Below, in pieces: positions 53,403-64,000 of a stretch of 64,000 bases of DNA. Position numbers and translations under genes: made by a program. The DNA lies in NCBI RefSeq assembly GCF_018350175.1, contig NC_058368.1:127040001-127104000 (forward strand). Direction: 5' to 3'. How positions within the stretch are numbered: position 1 is the stretch's first letter; the number at the start of each line of letters is the position of its first letter. This DNA comes from Felis catus. Lineage: Eukaryota. The notes beneath the pieces were generated by a model. It did not search any database, was not told where the DNA came from, and was given only the letters and a program-made list of their open reading frames with translations.

Positions 53403-53790
53403 TGTGGCGAATTCTGCTCGCTGTCTGCCAAATCCATTCTCCGCTTGTTCCTGGGCATGCAAGAGGTCCTCGCTTCCACGCTTCTCTTGCGATTAGATTT
53501 GGCCACGTAACCGAAATATCGTCTGCCACTTTCAGGACTGGCTCAAGACTCCCTCCACATGCTCATCTACTTGCTCTTTCTCCTGCCAGCTGGATGCCTA
53601 GAGTGCTGAAGCCAAGGAGGATGGTGGAAAAACAAGATGGGAAGAGCCTGGCACCTGAATGAGAGCAAGAAATGCTGCCCTGTCCCCTCAACACCACCCT
53701 ACAGAGTCAGTTGATGAAAACAGAACTATTTTTTTTATGACACTTGTTTTGGGGCATTTATTTGTTAGCACAGTAACATCTAATGCACTA
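53403..53790 (+). mobile_element. MLT1-like (ERVL-MaLR) LTR remnant
   Basis: ccaaatccattctcc...cttctcttgcgattagatttggccacgtaacc...aagatgggaagagcctgg...tttgttagcacag. Confidence 0.6.
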
Positions 53791-55411
53791 CGCTATGCCA
53801 AACTGAACTGGTAGTGCTGAAAGGAAAACTGTCAAACATTTCACATTCGATCTACCTTTAGCCTAAAAAAAAAAAAAAAAAACAAAAAAAACCCCCCAAA
53901 AAAACAAAAACCCAAAAAACAAAAACGTTCCCCACAGAGGTCCAAGTGAAACTCAGGATCTCTTTAAATCTACCATCTTTTCCCGCTCTGTTTAGTTCCC
54001 CACCCCCTTGATCTTCTTTGGTTACGCATATTTTCATGAAGACATTTCTTATCATCCAAGTGCTTCAGTGTTAGATAATACATTTATAATCTTTGCACAG
54101 AGTTGTAATTGTTCTGTAAAGAGCAGAAGCCAGTCCATTTCTGTTCTGCATTGATGCCAATGAGAAAAACTGGAGAGAATCAGTTCAAGCATGGAGTTGA
54201 CCCATGAATGTGTCTCTGAATCACAAAGGAGATCCAGGAAGAAAGGAGTCTGCTTCCTTCAGGATTTGGAGCCATGCTCCACTTGAGTCAATGAGATCTC
54301 TGGAGTACCAGATCCAGCTAGACTAGCATTATTTAGAATGGGATTCTGGACTGAAATGCCATTCTGAATGCATACATTTCTAGGAGTGTGGGCCAAAGTC
54401 CATGGAAAAAAAAATTCTAGGACTATTTCATAGCTTACTCAAATCTAGAATAGAACTACTCTACTGTTAATCTAGCTCATTTGCAATGGAATAAGGGATG
54501 AGCTGGTTTTTCAGGCTGGGAATGTTGTAGGTTAAATCAGTGCATAAGGCCATTCCTGTTTGAAAGCATAGACTAAATAGCAAATCCAATGGACTTCTCT
54601 AGAGGCAGGAAAGGAAATTATCTGAGGCATTCTCTTGGTCATATAGCTTCTGAAATAATGGCGTGGGGTCCAGTTTTTGCTTCCCTTCACTAAGCTTCAA
54701 TGTATTTCTGGCATGAGAAAGCAGTCTGTGGTCATCTTAGAGATCAAACTGAAGTGACCACTACATTCTGAAGGTGACAGAATAGGTCACAGAAATGAGT
54801 CTATCCATTCTGCAAATATTCATCAACCATCTACTATTGCCAGACACCTCTCAGAAGGAATGAAGTTCACTGAGAAGACACAGGATTAGTAGTTGCAGTG
54901 AGTTTCTGCTTCTAGATTAAAATGGGACATTTTTTCCCCCTCACAACAACCAAATACATGGTGAGACTGTTCACAAATTCTAATGACTTGCCAAGTCCAT
55001 AGCTAAGAAAACTACATGTCTGTTTTCTAAATATGTTTGACCTCTAGTCTATTCATCTCAAGTTGCAAAGCAATGTCATTGCTGACCTCCTCTGCTTTGA
55101 CATTAACTGTTTTTGAAAAAAGTTAAGTTTTCCTTTTTTAGCCATTAAAATTCCTTTCATTTTTATGCAATGATAGATCTCAAATATTTGGATATAATCG
55201 TCCATTTCTGCCAACTTGTCTATTTTGTGGATGGACTCTGATATTCATCTGTATATATTTTGTCTCTCTTTTTTCTTGTCAAATTTATTTTGTATAGTCC
55301 TGGCTCCGTTTTTTGGATTATTTCCCATTTATACTCATTTTGAAAAATTACCTATGCTTCTATACTGGAATTAAAATAAAAAACTTAATAAAATACCAAC
55401 TTAATGCCTTA

Positions 55412-55699
55412 TTGGGGTGAAATGAGTGAAAGAGTCAAGAGGTTCAAACTTCCAGTTATAAAATAAATAAGTCATGGAAATGTGATGACTATGATCAATG
55501 ACATTGTAGAACATATCTGAAAGTTTCCAACAGAATAAATCTTAAAAGTTCTCATGACATGAATTTGTTTTTTGTAATTTTGTGTGGTGATAGACGGTTA
55601 TGACTTATTATGATCACTGAGCAATATATGTAAATATTGAGTCATTACGTTGTACACCTGAAACTAACAATGTTATGTCAATTACACTGCTATAAAAAG

Positions 55700-55700
<1 letters not shown>
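55412..55700 (+). mobile_element. L1MA/L1MB-like 3' UTR fragment
   Basis: caaacttccagttataaaataaataagtcatgg...gttgtacacctgaaactaacaatgttatgtcaatta. Confidence 0.75.

Positions 55701-55701
<1 letters not shown>

Positions 55702-55753
<52 letters not shown>
55702..55753. repeat. (TA)n microsatellite
   Basis: Read directly from the sequence. Confidence 0.95.
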
Positions 55754-55756
55754 CCT

Positions 55757-55962
55757 TTGGTTTTATTTATTATTATTATTTTATTTAGAGAGAGAGAAAG
55801 AGAGCACAATAAGGGGAGAGGGGCACAGGGAGACAGACTCTTAAGCAGACTCCACACTCAGTGTGAAGAATGATGTGGGGCTTTATCCCATGCCCCTGGG
55901 ATCATGACCTGACTTGAAAATCAAGAATCAGACACTCAACCAACTGAGCCACCCAGACGCCC
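55757..55962 (-). mobile_element. Older Can-SINE
   Basis: Reverse body ending caactgagccacccagacgccc. Confidence 0.88.
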
Positions 55963-56708
55963 GAAGACTTACACTTTTTTAATGAGGAGTCCAAAATGGT
56001 ACATTGAGCTCTAAGGACAATGTAAACAAGGCCATGTGTAATGGGACAAACTTGCAATCCAGCAAAGATTTAACTGGCTATAGATGGTCATGGCAGAAAT
56101 TTTAGATATAGGATTTCCCAATAGAAACTGTAAATATTTTGATTCCTGCCCTGTAAAATATTTAGTACTACACTGTACCACCATAGTGTAATATGTGAAT
56201 AGACCCTGAATCTGCAGACTGCCTATAATAAGTACCACTGGTAGATAATTTAATTTGAAATTTACTTTTGCAGGAAATAAATTTTACAAAATAAATTCTA
56301 TTTTTTTTTTACATGTATTAAGCTGCTAAGAGGTCTAAAAAAGAACAGATATCAGTTTTTTAAACTTAGGTTGGAAGAAAAACCCAAACATGATTTTATA
56401 TTTTGCTGACTTTCAAAATTTAATTTTGATCAAATATTGACAATAGGTCTGGAGACACCTATACCTGATGAAATCTAAATCAGAGTATATTATAAGCATT
56501 TATTCAGTGTAGGTATCCTTCTTGCTTTTTTTCTATCTTTAGAACTTAAAAAAATTAAAACTTAAAATGTGAGTTTTTTACCCTTCTTAATGTTTTCCTG
56601 TAAAATTTAGAACTAGAAATTAAACTTGACAAGAGGGGAGAAAAAAATCCAAACTATGTCTGTCTAATGCTTATTGTTCTCTTGGCTTCTCCATACACAG
56701 CTGTCCTT

Positions 56709-57182
56709 TGATGGGGTTCAGAGCAGACTGCCCCAGAACGTGCCATTTTGGCATGTGGATTATTTGAGCTGAAGGCAGTTAAGGCCTAACAGACTCAAGA
56801 AGAGCTTTTAATCTCTCCCTTAAATGCCTAAAAAAATGTAGATAGGGAGCCTGTACCAAGAAGAGAGCTATTACCAGAGATAGTTTTCTACACCAGAAAG
56901 ACATGTGCATGGCAGGGCAAACATTGGTTTACCAAACGTTTGCTCTTCCCATCTTCCTGTCCGTTGTTTGCCCTCTCTTGGGGGCACCAAACCCCTTATA
57001 CCCTTCTGAGGCCAGGATGGCATATAAGCCTCAGTTGCCTTTGACCTTCCCATGTGAGGCTCCTTTATGGACAAAATTAAATGTGTTTTACTCCTATTAA
57101 TCTGCCTTATGTCAATTTAATCATTAGACCAGCCAAAGAAAGACCGTAGAAGGGAAGAAGTGAAAAATTTTCCTCTCAAACG
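56709..57182 (+). mobile_element. ERV1-class solo LTR (MER34-like)
   Basis: tgatggggttcagagcagactgccccagaacgtgccattttggcatgtggattatttgagctgaaggc; internal tataa and attaaa; 4-bp TSD cctt (56705-56708 and 57183-57186). Confidence 0.8.
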
Positions 57183-57483
57183 CCTTTCAACATGGAGCGT
57201 AATTACGAGTTTGAACAGCATGTTTGCCACTAAGGTAGTTGGTCCTAAGGCAGCAGGGAAATTATCTCTTGGGGTAGTGTGGGTGCTGTAGCCATTGTCT
57301 TGTCCATGAGCTCCAGCTGTGTCTCCAATTATGAGCCAGACTAAGATGACCTGTGCTGGGGAAACAAAGGAATTCCTCCTGAAGGCCTTTCCCTCCTGTG
57401 CTTCTGGCATGGTCCCAGTGTTTCTAAAGCCCTTTCATAGCCATTGTTCAATGGAATTCACACAGTGACCCTGGGCAATAGAC

Positions 57484-57510
57484 GGGAGGGGGGGGGGGGC
57501 TGGGGGGGGG
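57484..57510 (+). repeat. Interrupted poly-G tract
   Basis: G3-a-G12-ct-G9. Confidence 0.9.
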
Positions 57511-58247
57511 AGTGGATTCTTGTCCTCATTTGCGAAGAGGAAATTCAGGAAGGAGGGCAATGTTTTGCCCAGTGTCTCACTGATTTAAGTGGCTGTATTA
57601 TGACTGAAACCAAAATCTTCTGATCTTTAACTAAAGATTTAAATGGAAGATTGAACAATTGGATTAATTTTAATTTCATAAAGCCTGAAACAAAGACAAA
57701 TTCTTATTTTAATGTCCCCTATTAGAACTCACTTTGAGATATTATCTAGCTGCCTTGAGCACAATGTTCAAAACCTTTGAGTAGAATGTGACACTTTGCT
57801 GAAATGAATGGATGTGTTTGCATGTCTCTAAATAATAGTATGACAAAATGTTAAGAGGGATTATAGTAAGGGTCCTCTACTTTGGCTACGTTGTTAATCA
57901 TCTTAACCACACTGCGATGACTTACTCATTTGATAAATGTTTAATACTATTTGGGGGAGGGTATCCAAACAACAATGTGGTTAAACTTATTTAAATACAT
58001 TACAGACCAGCTTTGCAAAACAAAGACGGTCCTATTTCTTCCTCTAAGGAATTTTTGAGAAAAAAGGAATGTATTTCTTTATAAAAGAAAGACAAGAACG
58101 GACCCTAGGCTAAAGTACTGGTCTGGGAATTGGGAGCTCCCAGTTTGAGTTATGGCTCCCCTATTAACTACGTGTGACTTTGTCACAACTTGACGACTCC
58201 TGACTTTTCTGGGATTCAGTAATTTTAAATAAAATAAAGAGACTGAC

Positions 58248-58425
58248 TACCAATCATTCTTGATTACGGATTTGCACTCCACTCAAGAAAGATTTTTTAA
58301 AAGTAAAGATTCTTAGGTCTCCTTTTGCATACTCATGAGTTCGTAGATCTGGGGTTGGACCCAGGACTCTGTATTTTTAGCAAGCTGTCCAAGAGATTCG
58401 ATGTGTTGTCAACTTAGGAACACAA
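58248..58425. mobile_element. MER5-type MITE
   Basis: gtagatctggggttggacccaggactctgtatttttagcaagct...gagattcgatg. Confidence 0.65.
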
Positions 58426-58645
58426 GATTTGTCTGCAAGACCCCTTCCGGCTTTAGCATTCCTGTTTCCAACTGCACAGCACTGAACTCCGATTCCTGTA
58501 CTCAGTGCTCACTTGGGAGGCTTAAGTATTCAGATCCAAAGTTGCTCTCAGCCAAATTATCACACCAGTTGCCCAGGTGGTGTCCTGCTCACATGTGCTG
58601 TTGGTCTACACTCTTCTCTACACTGAAGTTAGGATTTCGTATGTA

Positions 58646-59320
58646 CACTGGCCCCAGTTCTCCGTGGTTTTGCTTTCTGTAGTTTCAGTTACCTGTGGTC
58701 GACCACAGGCTCGAAGCAGATTGTCCCCTTTTGCGAGATTATACAGATTTCAATAGTAGCCTAATGTTATGTCACAATGCCTACGTCATTCACCTCACTT
58801 CATCTTGTCACACAGTTACCATCTCCTATCACCACAAAAGAAGAAGGGTGAGTACAGCACAATAAGATATTTTGAGACGAGCCTGGGTGACTCAGTTGGC
58901 TAAGTGTCTGACTTTTGATATTGGCTCAGGTCATGATCTCACAGTTCACGGGATTGAGCCTTGTGTCGGGCTCTGCGCTGACAGTATGGAGCCTGCTTGG
59001 GATTCTGTCTCTCTCCCTCTCTGCCCCTCATGTGCTCTCTATCTCTCTCTCAAAGTAAATAAAAATAAACTTTAAAAAAAAGTATTTTGAGAGACACCAT
59101 ATTCACAAAACTTTTATTACAGTATATCTTTAAAATTGTTCCATTTTATCATCGGTTATTATTAATCTGTTACTGTGACTATTTATAAATTACACTTTAT
59201 CATAGATTTGTATATATAGGAAAAAAAAACAGTATGTGTAGGGATTTGGTACCATCTGCAGTTTTAGGCATCCACTGAGGGGCTTGTAATGTATCCCCCA
59301 TGAAAAACAGGGGACTACTA
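58646..59320. mobile_element. MER44/Tigger7-like DNA transposon interrupted by a SINE
   Basis: gtggttttgctttctgtagtttcagttacctgtggtcgacc...caatgcctacgtcattcacctcacttcatc...ggcatccactgagggg...ggggactact. Confidence 0.85.
58880..59080 (+). mobile_element. Can-SINE inside the MER44-like element
   Basis: gcctgggtgactcagttggctaag...; TSD tattttgaga. Confidence 0.9.
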
Positions 59321-59330
59321 CAGTTGAATG

Positions 59331-59410
59331 GAAGTAAGAAAGAAGAGAAGAAGGCAAGAGAGGAAAGGAGGGAAAGAGGGAGGGAAAGAAGGGGAGGGGA
59401 GAGAGGTGAA
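59331..59410 (+). repeat. Purine-rich (GA) low-complexity tract
   Basis: Read directly from the sequence. Confidence 0.85.
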
Positions 59411-59874
59411 GTGGTGGAAAATGTGGTGATGTTGCTTCCTTAAATAACTACTCTTGTAGTTATCCCAACTACAAAAGAAGATTAAAATTCTTTTTTTTTA
59501 TTAAGATTAAATTGTTTTATCATGGTCATTAAATTACTTTAAACTCTGGACCCAACCTTCTTCAACCTCATCTGTGGCCTCTCCAAAGATATCTGGAGTA
59601 CATTTTACACATGGTGAAGTGTTACCCAATTCCCACCATTTCTACCTATGAAATCTTGATTATTCTTCAAAGCTCCACACGTACTAAACTCATGTCTCAC
59701 AGGAACCGATGTCCAGTTCCTGCCCCTGCAGTTCCAAACATCTTATTTAGGTCCTCAATAGAGCATTATCTCAGAATATTGCAGTTAGCTTTAAAAACAT
59801 TTCTCCCCCTTATCAACTGCCCAGTCCAGCTATTTGAGGCTGACAGGCTACATACCGTGTACTTTAAACATCAT

Positions 59875-60770
59875 AATAAAAATAAGAGTTTCATAGTGCT
59901 TTGCCATTTACCAAATGCTTTTACATCCATTATTTTATTTGCTTATAAGTTATCTATGAAAAACATTTTATTATCATCCCCTATTTTATGGATGATGAAA
60001 TTGTAACTCAGAGAAATTTCATGAATTGCCAGTTAATGATGGAGCTGAGATTTGAACCTAGATCCTGTGAGTTTAAATCTTGTGCTTCCCATATAGTGCC
60101 TAACAAGGCATTAGCAAAGAGCAGATGTTCAATAAATACGTATTAAATTATTATGTGAATGAATGGGGAGAAGAGGCATCATGGCGTAGGAAAATAACAG
60201 TCTTTGGTGAAGGAGAAATTCTGTGCATCTTGAATCAGCCACTTGCTAATTGGAAAATGTTGGATAACTTACTTAATCTGCCTGAGCTTCTGTTTCCTTG
60301 TCTATTGCATGAAGACATAATACTGCCCTAATTAAGTTGTGCATGTGTGTGAGGTGGGATATGGGTGTGGTGTATGAACTCAGTTGTATAAAATTTGAAA
60401 TGTACTTTCTCCAGGGCATGCACAGAGTAAGTACTCTTTTTGTATCAGAGGCAATCTACTGTCAATTGTGTTTCAGTTCTGAACGCATAGGCCTACCTGT
60501 GGAGGGTAATCAGTTTCTGAGAATTTAACCTCTTGTCTTCAGAGAAGAACTTTACAAGGCACTATATCCTGTTGGTTAAGAATACTTGGGGGCGAGGCTA
60601 TCTGGGTTCCAAACTTGACTCTCTCCCTTATTAGCTATGTGAACTTGGCCAACTTACTTGATCTCTCCATGCCTTAGTTTCCTCTTCCATGAAATAGGGG
60701 AAATAGTATTTAGAACAGTACCTGGCATGTGATCAGGACTCTGTAAGCACTGGCTATTTCCTGTGTCACA
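59875..60770. mobile_element. Cluster of MIR and L2 fragments
   Basis: MIR(-) about 59880-60090, L2 end about 60090-60165, MIR(+) about 60170-60380 and 60560-60760. Confidence 0.6.
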
Positions 60771-63272
60771 GAATGGCACTTAGCTAAGAAAAGGTATGCT
60801 TAGCATACAGACAGAATATTTGCCCTTTGTGTTTCTCAACAAAATAGACTGATAACTTCCATAAAATAGGAACAAAAGTAACACTGTAACCTTTTCATTT
60901 TCAGTTTGATTACTAAAAATGCTAATTACATAAGAATTTGGGCAATAGGTTTGAGCTCACAAATCTAGAGGAAAAAGAAATAAGAGTGTGTGTTTTGTGT
61001 TTAAACACAATGAAATATCAGTTCCCACAGATATATGAATGAAGTAAGAAAAAAGTCATTTGACTTTTGTTGAGCAGCTCAGATTACTATCTTTGATGTT
61101 GTCATCTGAAATAACAAAATATACCTCTTCCTTTCCCCAGCTCTACTACCAAAGAGGAAAAAAACAAAACAAAACAGAAGGAGAAAGGTGTGCTATACTT
61201 TAGAAATGGTTCCTCTGAATCATTTATCCCTTTTGAATACTGTATCGAAGGCTCTATTTCACGTGAGAAATCTCATACATGTTTAAAAATAGTTAAAAGT
61301 TGTAATAAAAATATGTGCTACCCCATAATGCCAAAATATGTCAAGCAAAATGCAATAATCTCTTTCATTTTCCAGTCTTGCATATAGCGTGAGGTAAAAG
61401 CAAAGGTATTTTTGACTGTAAGGTGGTAAGTAATGTGAGATCAATGTCCTTGGGAGTAACTAGAACCCTAGGCTATTTATTGCATAGACATGATGTTTTA
61501 TGTTCTCTACTGATGTGGAGATTACCTCAGAAAAGTTATCTTTGGAATGGTGGAGATTAAGTTTGCTTCTGGAAGGCCAGGTATTCCTGTTACCAAAATA
61601 AATACTGCTTAAGTAATGACAAACATGGAAAAGGAAACACAGAAGAAGGGTTTTTCCCATCTCCTTACTGGAGTTCTATTTGGTAAAGTGAAACAGGCCC
61701 AACAATTTTGGGAGCTCAGTGTTTAAGTCAACTGTTGTGTGTTGATAGACCCAAGCTTTCTCCTGGATGCTTGAAACTCTCAAGGCTGGTGTCCTTGAGA
61801 GAAAGTGTGGTCTTTTAACATCTTTCATAGTTATGCTAATAGTGATTACTTTGCTGAAATGTCTCCTCACTGGAGACCTGACTATCTGTCAAGTTCTCTT
61901 TAAACCCCCACCCCCCACCACTACTGCTTTCCCAGACAGAATTAGAGCAGATAGCCTAGCAGCTAGCCCTCCAGACAGTCCTAGTGTGGGCCATTCAGGG
62001 TCCATGGGAACCCTAGTGCTCCTATTCTCTGGGCCTTTGTTCAAGGATAACACAATAATAACAGTAGATAATAGTAATAGAAAACATGCGATTCTTAGCA
62101 TTTCAAATCCATCATCTCATTTGATTCTTATTTCTATGTTCAATAAAGAAAGGTGCTCAGAGAAGTTAAGTAACTTGCCTGACATTCATGTTTTCATCCA
62201 TTATACTTTAGTGCTTCTTTAGGATATTTTCTTTAGTTCCCTTACAAAAAAAACCTGATACTATTAATCAAAACTAGGTCTCCAGATGCTATTTAGCTTC
62301 CCAAAATATCATATCTTAGCAGAAACTACACAGCCTTTGGAATCAAATCTGGATTTAAACAAGCTCTGTTCCTTGCCAGATCTAGGACCTTAAGCTAAGG
62401 CTACTTAGGCTCTTTGAAAAGGATTATAAAACACTCACATTTAGAAAACCAAAATGGGCTAATGAGCGTAAAAGTGCCCAAGACAGTGTTTCAAACTGGT
62501 ACAGGTTGAGTAAATGTTAATTCCCTTTTTTACTCTTTCCTTTACATATATTGGAATTTCCCATCTATTTCTTTGCTATTTCAATAAGATGGTCCTAATT
62601 TGGGTCACTGCATGCATCTTGAGGCCAGTGAAACACTAAAGAAACTATCATTTGCAACCCTTCCAACTACTGAAATTAATGGCCAACACACAATCTCCTC
62701 AGCTCACACAGTTCACCTCTATTTTAAATGGAGGTGGTAGTACATTTATAGTTTCTATCATAAACAATTCTGTAATTACTTTGACTATAAGACTTTTATG
62801 TGGCTGTGCCTTTGTGAGAGCAGAACTAGGATGTGATTTTGATCCTGGCTCAAAAAAAAAAAAAAAAAAGAAAAAAAAAGAGGAATCTCACTACTGTAAG
62901 CTAGTTAAAAACTCTTTGTTATTGAAAAGCATATTTCAATCCATGCTTAGGGTAACTGGCAGTTTTAGCAAGATAAGGTAAAGCTAAAAGGAATGTTCCA
63001 AATTTATGATTTCTCTCTGAGCTCACCTCTTATTTTCTTGCATCTTTTCTAGTTTTCTGGATAAAGTTTATTTTGAAAGCTAGTATCAACATGGTGTCGT
63101 GGCCCAAGAAGAGATGTGGTGAAATGGCAGTGGTAGTGAATGGCCCTGAAACACTGAGCCACAGCCACAAACCTACAGATCTTCCTGGTGAACTAATCAA
63201 GTAGCTAAACTGATAATACAAGTGTAGACTCCCCAAAGGTATGGAACAGGCTGTGTCTGCTCAGATCATTCT

Positions 63273-63494
63273 TTTTTTTTTTTTTACATTTATTTATTTT
63301 TGAGAGACAGAGAGAGATGGAGCACAAGTGAGCAAGGAGACACAGAAGGAGAGAAGGAGACACAGAATCCGAAGCAGGCTCCAGGCTCTGAGCTGTCAGC
63401 GCAGAGCCCGATGCAGGGCTCAGACTCACAAACCCTGAGATCATGACCTGAGCTGAAGTCTGACGGTTAACCAGCTGAGCCACCCAGGAACCCC
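63273..63494 (-). mobile_element. Felid Can-SINE
   Basis: TSD tctgctcag(a/g)tcattct. Confidence 0.93.
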
Positions 63495-63631
63495 TCTGCT
63501 CAGGTCATTCTAATAAAAGTCCACACACAGCCACTCTGTGCAGAGAGTTTCAAATTTTGGAGATCAGAGATCCCTTTAAGAATCAGATGACTTTAAAATT
63601 TTCACAAATGTAGTCTTCAGGAAAAAAAAAA

Positions 63632-63632
<1 letters not shown>

Positions 63633-63671
<39 letters not shown>
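63633..63671. repeat. (CA)n microsatellite
   Basis: Read directly from the sequence. Confidence 0.97.
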
Positions 63672-63675
<4 letters not shown>

Positions 63676-63694
63676 TTTGGATGTAATTACAGAA

Positions 63695-63955
63695 AGTTCA
63701 GTATGGCCTAGTGATTAAGCCAAAGGAATTTAGACTCAGATAGCCTTGATTAAAACCCTCATTCTACGGCTATGTAGTTAAAGACCTTCTGCAAATTATT
63801 TAACCTTGTTAATTTTTATTTTCCTCATCTTCAAAAAGGAAATAAATACAGTGCCTATCTGATGGGGCCATTATGAGGTTTAAATGAGATAAAGCATGCA
63901 AACTGCTTAGCACAATGTGGGGGACTAAGTGCTTAGTAAATTTTTATTATTATTT
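63695..63955 (+). mobile_element. MIR
   Basis: cagtatggcctagtgattaag...ttcctcatcttcaaaaagg...tgaggtttaaatgagataa...gcttagcaca. Confidence 0.8.
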
Positions 63956-64000
63956 TAAGGGAGTTACAGATCCTTAAAGCCTATTTATGGACTCCATGTT

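Noticed and set aside
61767..62222. Longest ORF (151 aa, plus strand)
   Set aside because: No recognisable protein similarity, its 3' part runs into MIR-like sequence, and it is antisense in an intron; length is within chance range

Overview
This is mammalian nuclear DNA from a cat-family (felid) genome, judged from about 24 tRNA-derived Can-SINE/SINEC_Fc-type insertions. The whole window lies inside the PDE4D gene (cAMP-specific phosphodiesterase 4D), which is transcribed on the minus strand. Four coding exons shared by the long isoforms are present, all with canonical AG/GT boundaries: 41569-41378 (192 nt), 20341-20305 (37 nt), 12492-12419 (74 nt) and 7544-7495 (50 nt). They encode UCR1 (with the PKA site RRES) and the following linker region. 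The rest is intron, filled with SINEs, MIR/L2/L3/L1 fragments, an ERV1-type solo LTR, DNA-transposon relics and microsatellites. Nearly all ORFs in the supplied track look spurious. Most interesting observations: (1) back-splicing of the four exons gives a 353-nt circle with a 118-codon ORF whose start and stop overlap (ATGA); (2) a perfect 40-bp-arm hairpin at 26540-26625; (3) a CpG-retaining CRE/AP-1 cluster next to the 37-nt exon; (4) co-oriented CTCF-like motifs; (5) candidate cryptic terminal and poison exons. Repeat family names come from recognition by eye, and repeat ends are approximate unless a target-site duplication (TSD) is quoted.
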